A stretch of DNA of 53,273 bases from a virus (IMGVR_UViG_3300043464_002177); one strand, 5' to 3'. Shown: positions 24,845 to 35,341, numbered from the stretch's first letter. The notes: generated by a model not told the origin, from the sequence alone. Made by a program: numbers and translations.

Positions 24845-25599
24845 TCTAATTCAAAGGTATCCTTAAATTTCTTTCCAGATTTTTTGTATGAAGCGGCTGT
24901 CTCGTCTTTAGGATTTTTAGTGTATTGCCAATTCCAACATAATTCATCTTTAACATCAAATCCAAAAAATGATAATACTTGTTTTTGTATGTTAATAGTA
25001 TTTTCACCATTCCAGTTTTGCCCCGTAGCAATGATACCACAAGATACATCTTTTAATATATTTGATTCACCCAATGTGCTATGTCTATTTTCCAACCAAG
25101 TTAATCTTTCAATTAAGTTTTGATATTGAGCATTCATTTGACCCCATCTAATAGAACCAAAAAAGACAACAGCATCTGACTCGAATAATTCCTTACTAAT
25201 TTTCCATAATTCATCATCAGGGTTGTTGATACTTCTCCAACATCTGTGATTACCGCTTGGGTTTTTATCTTTATCTTTTAAAGCTGATTTTTTTACACCA
25301 CACGAATTACCTTCCATATGTGAGACATTACCTTCACAATGGTGTATTTGTAAATTGATCGTTTCGAAAAGTGTACATTTTGATTTACCAAGATGAGATT
25401 GTATTGCTTTAGCTAACATAGTAGATTTCGGCTCCTCTTTTAATTCCTTCATAGCCCACTCACCTCTATTAGAGGTTGTTATGAACAACACTTTTTTCTT
25501 ACCTTCAAGAAACTCAATAGTTTCAATAAGTCTCTTATAATGTGGATCATTTTTCTTAAGTGTTGGATCAATTTCTTCTATAAGCTTTATAAGTTTCAT
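24841..25599 (-). CDS. flavodoxin-like / NAD(P)H-dependent FMN reductase family protein
   Basis: TTSNR..S, Cys-rich HCEG..C..C, SDAVVFFGSIRWG, GQNWNG. Confidence 0.8.
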   Translation of the reverse strand: MKLIKLIEEIDPTLKKNDPHYKRLIETIEFLEGKKKVLFITTSNRGEWAMKELKEEPKSTMLAKAIQSHLGKSKCTLFETINLQIHHCEGNVSHMEGNSCGVKKSALKDKDKNPSGNHRCWRSINNPDDELWKISKELFESDAVVFFGSIRWGQMNAQYQNLIERLTWLENRHSTLGESNILKDVSCGIIATGQNWNGENTINIQKQVLSFFGFDVKDELCWNWQYTKNPKDETAASYKKSGKKFKDTFELD

Positions 25600-25928
25600 T
25601 ACTTCTTTTTTTCTTCTATTTGTTGGTTATATAGAGTCTTTTTATATAGTTTTATTTTATCTTTTAACTGTGTGATTAATTTTTGCGCCGAACTTAAATT
25701 TTGAGAAATACCATTTATTCTCCCTGCTGCCACAGTTTTTAATCCACCTGGAACTGAGTCTTGCAATTTTCTTAATTCTTTTACCGTTTCATTTAATGAA
25801 TTTTGTAATTCATCTATTTTAAATTGAACTCTAGCAAACTCATCTCTCTTTACCTTGGACACCTCTTCGTTTATAATTCGATTGAGGATCGTTTTAATGT
25901 TATCTTCGAAAATTATCTTCTTTTCCAT
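25599..25928 (-). CDS. coiled-coil hypothetical late protein
   Basis: ILNRIINEE N-terminal motif. Confidence 0.75.
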   Translation of the reverse strand: MEKKIIFEDNIKTILNRIINEEVSKVKRDEFARVQFKIDELQNSLNETVKELRKLQDSVPGGLKTVAAGRINGISQNLSSAQKLITQLKDKIKLYKKTLYNQQIEEKKK

Positions 25929-26010
25929 AATAATATAAATACTTTTTTTATTGATAATTTTTTATTCTACCCGTTTTTTCCTATATTAGATCTACCAAAA
26001 TGATTTAGAA

Positions 26011-27090
26011 ATGAACAACACCCCAGAACAATTGTACGATTTTGATGATTTTCTTATTGAACCAGCAACTTTCACTACAATAAGTAGTAGAAGTGAGATT
26101 AATATTACGAAAACATTTAATACATCAAATGTACTTCCAATAATGACAGCACCAATGGATACTGTTGTAAGTCAAGATAATTTTCATTTATTTAAAAATC
26201 AAGGTATTATTCCAGTTTTACCCAGAATTAGTGATCCAAATAAAGAATGGGTTGATTATTCATACTTCCTATCTTATAGTCTACAAGACTTCGAAAGATT
26301 ATTTTTGAGGGAAAAAGTCTCTGTTCCGGATGGTGATTGTATATACGCATTAATTGATGTTGCCAATGGACACATGCTTAATCTTTTTGAGGCGGCTAAA
26401 AAAGCCAAAATAATGTATAGTGAGCAAATGTGCTTGATGGTTGGTAATGTTGCTAATCCTGCGACATTTCACAAATACTGTGAAATAGGTGTTGATATGG
26501 TTAGGATCGGTATTGGTAACGGCGGAGGATGTCTAACAACAGTTCAAACTGGGGTTGGGTACCCTATGGCATCATTAATAAAAGAATGTAGTGATATACA
26601 GAAAAAGAAATATTATTTAGGTAATTGTAGACCATACGAAACGAAAATAATCGCAGATGGTGGTTTTAAGAAATACTCAGACATCATCAAGGCTTTAGCC
26701 CTGGGTGCTGACTATGTTATGTTGGGGTCCATTTTAAACAAATGTTTGGAAAGCGCTGGTGAAACAAGTAGGGAGAATTATGAAGTAATAAGTCAATATA
26801 CTAAACACGCTAATGAAATGTTCATGGCTGATGTGCCGCTTTATAAAAACTTTAGGGGTATGAGTACCAAAGAAGTTCAGAAATCCTGGGGTAAAGAAGT
26901 ATTAACAACATCTGAAGGTGTTGTTAGAAGAAATAAGGTAGAATATACAATTGAAGGGTGGGTTAAGAATTTTGAAGATTATCTTAAGTCCGCTATGAGT
27001 TACTCAGGAAAAAAAGAGCTCCACCAGTTTATTGGAGGAGCACAGATGAATCTTATTTCTAGAAACGCTTTTAAAAGATTTGATAAATAA
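26011..27090 (+). CDS. IMP dehydrogenase / GMP reductase family protein
   Basis: APMDTV, DVANGH, GNVA, RIGIGNGGGCLTT, IIADGG, GADYVMLG, FRGMST, SAMSYSG. Confidence 0.88.
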   Translation: MNNTPEQLYDFDDFLIEPATFTTISSRSEINITKTFNTSNVLPIMTAPMDTVVSQDNFHLFKNQGIIPVLPRISDPNKEWVDYSYFLSYSLQDFERLFLREKVSVPDGDCIYALIDVANGHMLNLFEAAKKAKIMYSEQMCLMVGNVANPATFHKYCEIGVDMVRIGIGNGGGCLTTVQTGVGYPMASLIKECSDIQKKKYYLGNCRPYETKIIADGGFKKYSDIIKALALGADYVMLGSILNKCLESAGETSRENYEVISQYTKHANEMFMADVPLYKNFRGMSTKEVQKSWGKEVLTTSEGVVRRNKVEYTIEGWVKNFEDYLKSAMSYSGKKELHQFIGGAQMNLISRNAFKRFDK

Positions 27091-27342
27091 TTAATCTACT
27101 CTGAAATCTCTATCTTCACTGCTAGTTAATTCCTTATCACGCTTCATACCTTCTTTGATATAACTTCTAATTAATTTAGATACTGTCATTTCTTTCTTGT
27201 CAGCAACCTTTTCAATCTCCTTGTAATATGCTGGAACAACTCTAAAAGAAAGCATTTGGATCAATTGCTTATGTTTTGGCATATCTGAACCAACATGGTC
27301 TTTGCGGTTTGATTGCATTTCTTTATATTTTTTTGAAGCCAT
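27091..27342 (-). CDS. ribbon-helix-helix DNA-binding protein
   Basis: MLSFRV..YKEIEKVA..MTVSKLIRSYI pattern. Confidence 0.7.
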   Translation of the reverse strand: MASKKYKEMQSNRKDHVGSDMPKHKQLIQMLSFRVVPAYYKEIEKVADKKEMTVSKLIRSYIKEGMKRDKELTSSEDRDFRVD

Positions 27343-27416
27343 TTTGATATATTTTTATATAAATATTTGGGAAACCGGATAATTTCCTTTATATTATGTA
27401 ATAAATCTAAAATATT

Positions 27417-27776
27417 ATGTCAGAAGAGAAAAACCAACCTATCGACCCAATCAAAGAATGTGAGTCGATGTACCCAGAAATGACTAAGGAATTTAAAAAG
27501 ATCCTTAAAGACAACTATGAATTGTTTTGTAGAAAACAACTCAATTATGGACCAGACAATATATCAGTCGGTACTAGATGTGAAACCCCTGAAGAATTGA
27601 AGTTATCACAAACTGGCTTATGGTTTAGAATGAATGATAAAATCCAGCGACTCAAGCAACTAGTTGTTTTAGGTAAAAATGATACTGTTGGTGAATCAAT
27701 TCAGGACACATATAGTGACTTATCTGTATATGGGGTTATTGCTCAAATAGTTTCCAGGGGAAAATGGGCTAAATAA
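27417..27776 (+). CDS. DUF1599 / nucleotide-modification-associated domain protein
   Basis: KQLNYG, RMNDKIQRL, ESIQDTYSDLSVYGVIA. Confidence 0.75.
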   Translation: MSEEKNQPIDPIKECESMYPEMTKEFKKILKDNYELFCRKQLNYGPDNISVGTRCETPEELKLSQTGLWFRMNDKIQRLKQLVVLGKNDTVGESIQDTYSDLSVYGVIAQIVSRGKWAK

Positions 27777-27877
27777 GAAATCTTAAACTAATTATCCGGG
27801 GGGAGGTTCAAAAAAAATTTGTTCTTCCCCCTTTTTATTAATAATGTAGGACCTATTTATTATCAAAAGGGTAAATC

Positions 27878-28234
27878 ATGAACGCAAACATAAACCACCC
27901 ATCAGTCATTAAATTTTTATCAGACTTGACAACTAATATCGTTTCAAGTATCTCAATAGAGAATTACTTTAACATATCAGAAGAGTCCAAAACAGCCCTA
28001 AATTACGCTGTTTTTAAAATTATCAAGGGAAGTACTGACAAAAGGGTAAACATAGGAGAAAACGAGTTTAAAGCACTTTTAATTGCGCTTTGGAAGAAGA
28101 ACGAGGAGGCTGAAAATTATGAAATAGCTGAGATCCTTAATGGTATTATTAAGAACTATGATTCAATTAAGGAGGTTGTAAAACCAATAAAGACCATCAA
28201 AAAACCCAAAATTGATAAAAAATCGAATGGCTAA
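27878..28234 (+). CDS. hypothetical protein
   Basis: ORF track; TATTTAT upstream. Confidence 0.75.
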   Translation: MNANINHPSVIKFLSDLTTNIVSSISIENYFNISEESKTALNYAVFKIIKGSTDKRVNIGENEFKALLIALWKKNEEAENYEIAEILNGIIKNYDSIKEVVKPIKTIKKPKIDKKSNG

Positions 28235-28625
28235 AAGAAACCTAGATTTTGAATTAAATAAAAAAAAATACACAGCATTAACAATAAAATGGTGTAAGCA
28301 AAACTTTGGGGTTAACGAAAGAAAAAGAACAAAACTAAAAATAGAGGTAACTAGTAGAAAAAGGACAATCAAAAAATCCATAATTTATGGGAATTATTGT
28401 TTCTACAGAAACAAAATGACAATACATTCAGATGCATGTAAAACGATATCTGACCTAGTGGGTACAGTTATACACGAATACACACATTACCTCCAATCCA
28501 GAAATTTATATCAACAATACGAGAAAACATACAGTTATTACACAAATCCATGTGAAAGAGAGGCTAGGAAAAATGAAAAATTATATACCAAGTATTGTAT
28601 AAAGGAAATAAAGAAATATTTATAA
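28227..28625 (+). CDS. putative zinc metallopeptidase (HExxH)
   Basis: TVIHEYTHYLQ, NPCEREA; start at MAKRN. Confidence 0.7.
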   Translation: MAKRNLDFELNKKKYTALTIKWCKQNFGVNERKRTKLKIEVTSRKRTIKKSIIYGNYCFYRNKMTIHSDACKTISDLVGTVIHEYTHYLQSRNLYQQYEKTYSYYTNPCEREARKNEKLYTKYCIKEIKKYL

Positions 28626-28640
28626 ATAAAACAATATAAA

Positions 28641-29162
28641 ATGTTACTAGAAACTATTATTAAAAAACAATTGCTAAACCTGGTAGAATCTAAAGAAGCC
28701 AAAGGTAAATTAGCTAAGCAGATTGACGAATTTGCAGAAATACACAGTCAGATCGTAAAACTTGAATCTGAAATTAAAAAATTAAAGGATAATCCAAAAT
28801 ATTCTGAGTCTAAAGAAAAAGTATCTCAGATTATGGAAGAGTTGAAAGCTACCGGTCAGGATACAATGGAAACCAAGCGTTTTATTGTTAAAATAACAAG
28901 AGCTGGTAGCGAATCAGAAATTCCTAAGTATGCGAAAATATTAGAAGATTTCTTACCAAAGGTATCAATTAAATTAAGAGAGACTTACAGCAAGATCAAA
29001 GAACAACACACAACAATAAGTAAAAAGAGCCCTAGTTTAGATGTTAAATCAAAAGAGGAAGTTAAAGAAAGTGGTTCTGGAAAAGCTTCTTTGGGTGGTG
29101 TTTTATCAAGTATCAAGACTGTTCACTCAATGATCAACAGACTTAAAGCTAAGTTTGATTAA
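28641..29162 (+). CDS. coiled-coil hypothetical protein
   Basis: MLLETIIKKQLLNLVE N-terminal motif. Confidence 0.75.
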   Translation: MLLETIIKKQLLNLVESKEAKGKLAKQIDEFAEIHSQIVKLESEIKKLKDNPKYSESKEKVSQIMEELKATGQDTMETKRFIVKITRAGSESEIPKYAKILEDFLPKVSIKLRETYSKIKEQHTTISKKSPSLDVKSKEEVKESGSGKASLGGVLSSIKTVHSMINRLKAKFD

Positions 29163-29364
29163 TTACAATAGCATCAGATATTTCACGTAAAAAGAGGAAG
29201 ACGTCATCATTAGTTTGATGTCTTCCTCTTATCACGATATCACATACCCAAAATTCTTTTAATTCCGAAACGTACTCTGTTTTTAGTTGTGTTGATTTAA
29301 CTTTCCTATAAATGTAATATAGTTTATTCTGATACGTTACTGTTTCTTTTCCTAATATAATCAT
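29149..29364 (-). CDS. hypothetical protein
   Basis: ORF track, start MIILGKE. Confidence 0.65.
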   Translation of the reverse strand: MIILGKETVTYQNKLYYIYRKVKSTQLKTEYVSELKEFWVCDIVIRGRHQTNDDVFLFLREISDAIVINQT

Positions 29365-29365
29365 A

Positions 29366-29968
29366 CTAATTGTGGTCACCAGCTTCGCAAAGCATTTCTA
29401 ATTGGTCCCACTTAAATTTAGGTTTTTCATTTAAAAAAACAAAGCATCTCCATTTTTTTTGTTTTTCAAAATATATATGTTTTTGTAAATGTGATGGTAT
29501 TGCAGCATTTGTAGCAATTCTTTTTACTGGCTTGTCAAAAAACACTTTAATTAATACTGTTAAATTTTCACTATCATCCCATTTTCTTTCTTGCTCCTCT
29601 AGCAATCTCCATTCCCCTCTATTAAGGTATTGATCCTGTAAAATACAATTTAAGTATGTAAAGGTTTGTTTAAGGTTTTCCATATTATCAGAAAAAGTGG
29701 CAGCCGGGGCTCCGTGACCTTTATCATATATGTTTGCTTTATAATCCAATGCGTCCGAAGTCTTTATATTCTTTTCCGTATAAAAGTCCATAGTGCCTCT
29801 ATTGACGTTTGTTGGTCTGTTTGTTGAACGATACTTGATCCAAACTGGTTGCTCTAAATTTTGAGAATAAAGTACTTCAAATACTTGGTTTTTTACTCTT
29901 ATTGTGTCTTGTGAAAATGCACTAATTCCAATTAAAAAGAATAGGGTTAGTAATAAATTTTTTTTCAT
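29366..29968 (-). CDS. secreted DNA/RNA non-specific endonuclease (NucA-like, beta-beta-alpha-metal)
   Basis: Signal peptide; YDKGH, TF.YLNC..Q...LNRGEW..LE, IPSH. Confidence 0.88.
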   Translation of the reverse strand: MKKNLLLTLFFLIGISAFSQDTIRVKNQVFEVLYSQNLEQPVWIKYRSTNRPTNVNRGTMDFYTEKNIKTSDALDYKANIYDKGHGAPAATFSDNMENLKQTFTYLNCILQDQYLNRGEWRLLEEQERKWDDSENLTVLIKVFFDKPVKRIATNAAIPSHLQKHIYFEKQKKWRCFVFLNEKPKFKWDQLEMLCEAGDHN

Positions 29969-30519
29969 AAATTGTCCTGTGTTATATAGTTAAATATATC
30001 CACAGCAGTATTTGTATCAACAGAAAATTCAGCAAAAGGTATAGAGTTAATAAGTAATGTCTGTTTTATATCCTCATCAATTTCTTGGGCCTCTTGTAAG
30101 TTTTGTAATCTACCACTTGTATCATATGATTCGTTGTTTCTGGTTAGTAATATGTTTACGTTATTGTATTGTTTAAACAATCCCCATAAGAACTTACTTA
30201 ACCCCGTTAAACTATAGAAAGACGCCGGATAATCATTACCATATCTTTGTTCATAAAAACACCCTAATATAATTGGTGAGTCAACAATAATATATTCCAC
30301 CTTACCATACAATCTACTAATATTCCTATGCTGATTAGCGGTGATAAAGAACTGATCTTTTAATTGACTTATATTACCTTCCCAAGCAACTTCTTTAGGG
30401 AATTCATATGTATATTCAACATTCATATGATGCTTCTTCATTTCAGTAAAAAGACCAGAAGCTTGGGTTGACTTACCTATTCCAGGCCCGCCAAAAAAAT
30501 TAATAATTTTGCTTTCCAT
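29965..30519 (-). CDS. P-loop ATPase / nucleotide kinase (AAA_28, NadR-like)
   Basis: GGPGIGKST Walker A; IIVDSP; GRLQ. Confidence 0.8.
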   Translation of the reverse strand: MESKIINFFGGPGIGKSTQASGLFTEMKKHHMNVEYTYEFPKEVAWEGNISQLKDQFFITANQHRNISRLYGKVEYIIVDSPIILGCFYEQRYGNDYPASFYSLTGLSKFLWGLFKQYNNVNILLTRNNESYDTSGRLQNLQEAQEIDEDIKQTLLINSIPFAEFSVDTNTAVDIFNYITQDNL

Positions 30520-30733
30520 GTTAAAATATACATAAAAAAAGGGAAAAAACCAAATTTCTCCCCTTTGTCGATTAACTATAAATGTTCCCCAACATTCAAA
30601 AATAAATAAATCAATAATTTAAAAAAATCACATAAAATGGCTGTCTATTTGTCATGTTTAAATTAATTTGGGATAATAAATCCAATATCGAGAAAAATGT
30701 GGAATTTTTATTTTTATTTGGTATTTATCTAGT

Positions 30734-31033
30734 ATGGAAAACATTTATTCAGTATTGATTGCGGTTGTTTCAGTATTAGGATCTGCGGCCGCGTTTAGAT
30801 TCTATGAGAAACGAGCACTTAATAAAGAAAGAGACGATGACTTTATTAGACATGATTGCAAAGATAGAATCGCTAAATTAGAAGCACTATTAGTTCAATC
30901 ATCCGTAGAAAAAGATGAACTTCGTAAAATGGTTTTAGGTTTAACCAAAGAGGTTGCGGCCCTGACGGTTAAAGTTGAATATCTAACGAAAGAGAATGAT
31001 GAATTAAATAAAAAAAGAAGAATAGTAAAATAA
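30734..31033 (+). CDS. single-TM coiled-coil protein
   Basis: N-terminal TM then heptad repeats. Confidence 0.75.
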   Translation: MENIYSVLIAVVSVLGSAAAFRFYEKRALNKERDDDFIRHDCKDRIAKLEALLVQSSVEKDELRKMVLGLTKEVAALTVKVEYLTKENDELNKKRRIVK

Positions 31034-31034
31034 T

Positions 31035-31481
31035 ATGAAAAAATATATCTTTACAGAAGGGCAAGTTAAAAAAGTTATCGATCATTTAATGAATGAAGAA
31101 ATGTCATCAGCGGCCCCTAAAAGTGTTTCTGGGACAATTAGAAAAGCACAAACAATTCAGGATGATATTGACACGATACAAAATTTAAAAACTAAGAAAG
31201 TTAAATTAGAAGTATTAGGTTTCCGCTCTTCTGTTTCAACTTCAGATCTTTATAATAAAAATTACAAAAAACCAATTTCAATTGGTTCAATTGGGGGTAC
31301 ACCTATAGATAGAAATTCAACAGGTAAACAATTTGATAATGATACTACAATCACATTAATTGAAGGTGGAACACTTGTATTTGGTATTGTTGGTGTTAAT
31401 AAAAGATATGCAGAAGCTAATGGAGGTTTAACTATAAGAAATGAAGGTGGTAAGCTTCGTTTAGATTTTGCTTGGGATTAA
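31035..31481 (+). CDS. hypothetical late protein
   Basis: MKKYIFTEGQVKKVIDHLMNEE N-terminal motif. Confidence 0.75.
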   Translation: MKKYIFTEGQVKKVIDHLMNEEMSSAAPKSVSGTIRKAQTIQDDIDTIQNLKTKKVKLEVLGFRSSVSTSDLYNKNYKKPISIGSIGGTPIDRNSTGKQFDNDTTITLIEGGTLVFGIVGVNKRYAEANGGLTIRNEGGKLRLDFAWD

Positions 31482-32050
31482 ACCCCTTTAGTTGTTTTAT
31501 CAAAAATTTCAATAATTTCATCTAAACATAGATAATTAAAACATTCGGAATAACCCGAAAAAGATTCTAAAACTGGTCGGTATTTTTTAACCGACCTTTT
31601 TTTATTTAATTTTTCTTTTATTTCTGTTTCTAATCTTTCGGCTTCCGGTGTATCGATTCTTCTTAATATCGATTCTAAAGTATAACCGTCATAACCATAC
31701 GCCTTACTAAATCTACGCATAATAAACCTTTTAGAAGTAATACCCACTTTAACAAAGGTTTTACCAGTAGCCTCCTCTTTAATTAAAACTAAATAAAGTG
31801 ATTTGGGTATTTTACTTAATTTCTGTTCCTTGGTTTTATTATGTTTTATTATTTTAAGTGCCGCGTAATCTTTAGCTTTTTCTAAGGATTTAAACTTTTT
31901 CTTGTCTCTATTTTTATTTACAATATATTTTTTTAATCTCTCAATAAAAATGTATTGGCCATTATCAACCTCATAACTTATTGATAATCCGCTTTTTAAT
32001 TCACTTATTTGATAAAAACCAACTTTAAATAATGGTGTTTTTTTCTCCAT
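31478..32050 (-). CDS. T5orf172 / GIY-YIG-like domain protein
   Basis: LYLVLI..FVKVGITS..RF..LETEIK..FSGYSECF. Confidence 0.6.
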   Translation of the reverse strand: MEKKTPLFKVGFYQISELKSGLSISYEVDNGQYIFIERLKKYIVNKNRDKKKFKSLEKAKDYAALKIIKHNKTKEQKLSKIPKSLYLVLIKEEATGKTFVKVGITSKRFIMRRFSKAYGYDGYTLESILRRIDTPEAERLETEIKEKLNKKRSVKKYRPVLESFSGYSECFNYLCLDEIIEIFDKTTKGV

Positions 32051-32113
32051 TCTTTTTAATTTTTTTTTTGATATTGTTAAAAAGTTGCTATATTTGCATC
32101 CTAATATAATTAG

Positions 32114-32467
32114 ATGATTATGACAGAAAGAAAAGAAAAATGTTGCACAGGCTGTAAAAAGACTTTACCTCTATCGCAGTTTTACAAGAACAAAACAAAC
32201 GAAGATGGTAAAAGCATCTATTGTAAATCTTGTACTAAATTGAACGCTAAGAAATACTATCAAAAGAAACTTTTGAAGTTAGCTAGCAAGAACAATGGGA
32301 TCACTATTAAGGATAGTATCTTTCCAAGTAATCTTGTTAGTCTTGGTGAAAGAAAGACAGACATTGCACTTAAAGTAGCTTTAATTCAAAGATTAATGTT
32401 AACGGTAAGTAGCGAAATAAAAGAACTCGTCGATTATATATCAGAAGACGAAAAAATCTTTAAGTAA
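32114..32467 (+). CDS. zinc-finger protein (CxxC..CKSC, endonuclease-VII-like N-terminus)
   Basis: KCCTGCKKTLPLSQFYKNK..DGKSIYCKSC; TATATTTG promoter at 32089. Confidence 0.7.
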   Translation: MIMTERKEKCCTGCKKTLPLSQFYKNKTNEDGKSIYCKSCTKLNAKKYYQKKLLKLASKNNGITIKDSIFPSNLVSLGERKTDIALKVALIQRLMLTVSSEIKELVDYISEDEKIFK

Positions 32468-32499
32468 AAATAAACCCCCGATTTTCGGGGGTTTATTAT
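32468..32499. terminator. bidirectional terminator
   Basis: AATAAACCCCCGA-ttt-TCGGGGGTTTATT between convergent genes. Confidence 0.85.
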
Positions 32500-33342
32500 T
32501 TATGCTAATAAGTGATAGTATTCTTTAAAATGTTTGATTCTATCTGGTAAACCTATTGTTCCTCCATTAACTCTTTTTGTTATAGATGTAACAACCTGAT
32601 CACTAGCACCACCATCCGCTAGGGTGTTTAACCCATTTTTAGACCAGAACCAAGCTGCAGACAACAATGCGTATTTTCCAGAAACAACATCTGGATTGTT
32701 CGCGATATCTTCATTGATTGCTTTACCGAATGCGGTGTAATTTGCTCTACCGGTTAATTGGATATACCCGCGACCACGGAATTTAAAACCATCACCGCTA
32801 GCTTCGCTACCATTATCCATTCTTGATGCATATACCTTATTGGCAATCTTTTGTGGCTGTCTTTGATAAGCCTCAGCCAATTGTTGAGTTGGGAAATATT
32901 TTTTAAATATACCCATTAAGCCCTTTGCTGAATAATTTAAATTCTCTTGTGTTACTTTAAAACCACCGCTTTCATGGCCGCATTGTGCTAAAAAGTGTGC
33001 CAGTCTTAATGGGGTATTAATGTTAAATTTAGCTGCTGTGTCTGGTATTTGAGCAATAACAGCGTCAGGTATATGTCCCTTTAATTTCTCCAATTTTAAC
33101 CCACCAACTGTGGCTACCGGAGCTGGTTCAGTAATAACAGCAGGTGCTGATTGTGTACTTTCGCCCATTAATTTAGCCCATGTTGCTGGCCCTACCACAC
33201 CATCTGCAGCCAAACCGTTTGCGGCTTGCCAAGCTTTTACTGCCGCATCTGTTTTAGGGCCAAATTTACCTATTGGGTCCACACCAAGTTTTATCTGTAA
33301 TTTCTTTACATCTTCTCCTTCAGATCCTAGTTTAAGTATCAT
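32500..33342 (-). CDS. endolysin: peptidoglycan-binding domain + GH19 (chitinase-like) muramidase
   Basis: N-terminal PG_binding_1; AHFLAQCGHESGGF, ENLNYS, FRGRGYIQLTGRANY, TKRVNGGTIGL. Confidence 0.93.
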   Translation of the reverse strand: MILKLGSEGEDVKKLQIKLGVDPIGKFGPKTDAAVKAWQAANGLAADGVVGPATWAKLMGESTQSAPAVITEPAPVATVGGLKLEKLKGHIPDAVIAQIPDTAAKFNINTPLRLAHFLAQCGHESGGFKVTQENLNYSAKGLMGIFKKYFPTQQLAEAYQRQPQKIANKVYASRMDNGSEASGDGFKFRGRGYIQLTGRANYTAFGKAINEDIANNPDVVSGKYALLSAAWFWSKNGLNTLADGGASDQVVTSITKRVNGGTIGLPDRIKHFKEYYHLLA

Positions 33343-33442
33343 AAAATATTGATTATCAGTTATTGTTTATTTTATTAATAAATATTCAAATTTTTTTTGT
33401 GAGATTAATAAAATGACATTACTTTTGTAAAAAATTATAGGT

Positions 33443-33670
33443 ATGAAAAATTTTATCTTTATATTATTACTATGTGGCGGTTCTTTGGTTGTTAATTCAC
33501 AGAGTCAGCCCCCCAAAAAATTAATCCCGGTTGATAAAACAATCAAATTACCAAGGATTTATAAAAACAATAAACCAATTGTACCTTCTAAAACACGAAG
33601 TGATGGTTATATTAGGATGTTAGTTGACACCACAAAAAACAAAAGAGATACCCTATTTGTGTATTTTTAA
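33443..33670 (+). CDS. small secreted hypothetical protein
   Basis: Signal peptide; TACTTTTG promoter at 33420. Confidence 0.65.
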   Translation: MKNFIFILLLCGGSLVVNSQSQPPKKLIPVDKTIKLPRIYKNNKPIVPSKTRSDGYIRMLVDTTKNKRDTLFVYF

Positions 33671-34827
33671 TTGTTTATTTTACCAGAACCAACTGTTTTG
33701 TTTTGCTGACTTAACTGTGTTCCACTTTGTGTTTGACCGGCTCTATAACTGTGAAATAAGAAATCATGATAATTTCCTAATGGTCTAGTTACAAATCTAG
33801 TATTAGGAATTAAAGGTAATATTCTATTCTGATCTTCAGGTAAATAATTTTGAACATATAGTTTAAAATTAGCCATATACGCTTGCTTTATCTTTTCTAT
33901 TAAATCTGGGAAAAATGTATCACTAATATTATTTAATTGATTTTTTTTGTTTGTGTTGTATTGTGGTTTTGATGAATATTCATAATCAAGCACCATATCT
34001 TCAACGCTTTGTAGTTTTTCTAATTGGTTAACAATATTTGTTAAATCAGCATCAACTTTAGTTACAAAACCTTTAGGTGTCAAATCAGCGATTATCTTAT
34101 CTGTTTTACTGGTATCCATAAAACCCGCACCACCAATTACGATTCTAGTTAAAAGAGTGTTTAAATAATCTTTTGTTTGTTGAGTTGTATAACCGCCAAA
34201 ATTACTTGTAGTCCCTTTTAAAAATTTCGGATCTATTGCAATTGATGTTAAATTATCCGCCAGAGTGTTTAATATTGGACTTTGATCTAGTGCCCTATCA
34301 GAATTAAAAGTAACAGATCCTACAATTCTTTCTTTATCTGCGGCTTCTCCTTGTTTCGCTGATCCAAAACTTATCTTTAAATTAGCTCCAGCACCTCCCA
34401 TGTTCACCATAGCTCTAGCAAGGGCCAATAAACCGTTGTGTGCCCCATATACATTACCATCAAAAAATTTAAAAACTTTAGTTCCAGATGCATTTAAATT
34501 TTGACCATTTACTTCAATATAGTCATAATAATATGTTGGTTTTGGGTCATATGCGTTTATTGGTTTGAACACAGATAAAAAATTAGAAACATTATTAGGA
34601 TCTGCGCTAATCGCTATAACATCTTTAATATTAGCTCCGTAATAATAATTTTCATGTTTTGACCCATTAGGTAAACCGTATTGTTTTGATAAATAGGCGT
34701 GGCTTATCCTGTTTGCATCTGTTCCAGCATAAACGGTTTTTACGTTTATTCCTGGGGTTTTTTGCTCAGAAATAAGTGTATCTACAATTAATCTGGCTTG
34801 TGATTCTGTTACAACAATACGTTTCAT
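33667..34827 (-). CDS. hypothetical late protein
   Basis: Start moved to MKRIVVTESQARLIVDTLISEQ. Confidence 0.8.
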   Translation of the reverse strand: MKRIVVTESQARLIVDTLISEQKTPGINVKTVYAGTDANRISHAYLSKQYGLPNGSKHENYYYGANIKDVIAISADPNNVSNFLSVFKPINAYDPKPTYYYDYIEVNGQNLNASGTKVFKFFDGNVYGAHNGLLALARAMVNMGGAGANLKISFGSAKQGEAADKERIVGSVTFNSDRALDQSPILNTLADNLTSIAIDPKFLKGTTSNFGGYTTQQTKDYLNTLLTRIVIGGAGFMDTSKTDKIIADLTPKGFVTKVDADLTNIVNQLEKLQSVEDMVLDYEYSSKPQYNTNKKNQLNNISDTFFPDLIEKIKQAYMANFKLYVQNYLPEDQNRILPLIPNTRFVTRPLGNYHDFLFHSYRAGQTQSGTQLSQQNKTVGSGKINN

Positions 34828-34844
34828 TAAATTATCTTTATTAT

Positions 34845-34856
34845 ATAAATATTTAT
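34845..34856. promoter_or_regulatory. overlapping divergent TATTTAT motifs (ATAAATATTTAT), candidate phage late promoter
   Basis: Palindromic 12-mer between divergent starts at 34827 and 34862. Confidence 0.6.
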
Positions 34857-34861
34857 AAAGT

Positions 34862-35341
34862 ATGAATATACTCATCACTGAAAGCCAGTATAATAAACTA
34901 ATCAAAAAACATAGAGAAACCAACGAAAAACCGTCGGTTAATTTCGATAATCTTTATGGTACTGAGCTTTCTCATCAGTATGGATTTGGTGATAATTTAA
35001 CATCAGATGATGTTTGGGATATGTGGGTTAAATGTAGAGAAGATGAGGATTGTACTGACATCGTAAACCTAACAGAAAGACTAGGAACAATTTTCCCGTA
35101 TATCGATACTAGTAAATTAAAAACTAGACAAAAAGTTGAGATTTTAATGGGTATGGCCAGTGAATATAATCCTTTTGATATTGTTTCTTTTGCTGTCCAT
35201 AAAATATATGGAGATAATAATGTTGAACAAAAAAGGTTAATAAAACAATTACCCCCTGAAGTTGCTTACAACTTACAATGGGTTTTATCCCAACATAGCA
35301 TGGATATTGTAAGATCAAAATTTGGAATAAATGAAATTTAG
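34862..35341 (+). CDS. hypothetical late protein
   Basis: MNILITESQYNKLI N-terminal motif. Confidence 0.8.
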   Translation: MNILITESQYNKLIKKHRETNEKPSVNFDNLYGTELSHQYGFGDNLTSDDVWDMWVKCREDEDCTDIVNLTERLGTIFPYIDTSKLKTRQKVEILMGMASEYNPFDIVSFAVHKIYGDNNVEQKRLIKQLPPEVAYNLQWVLSQHSMDIVRSKFGINEI

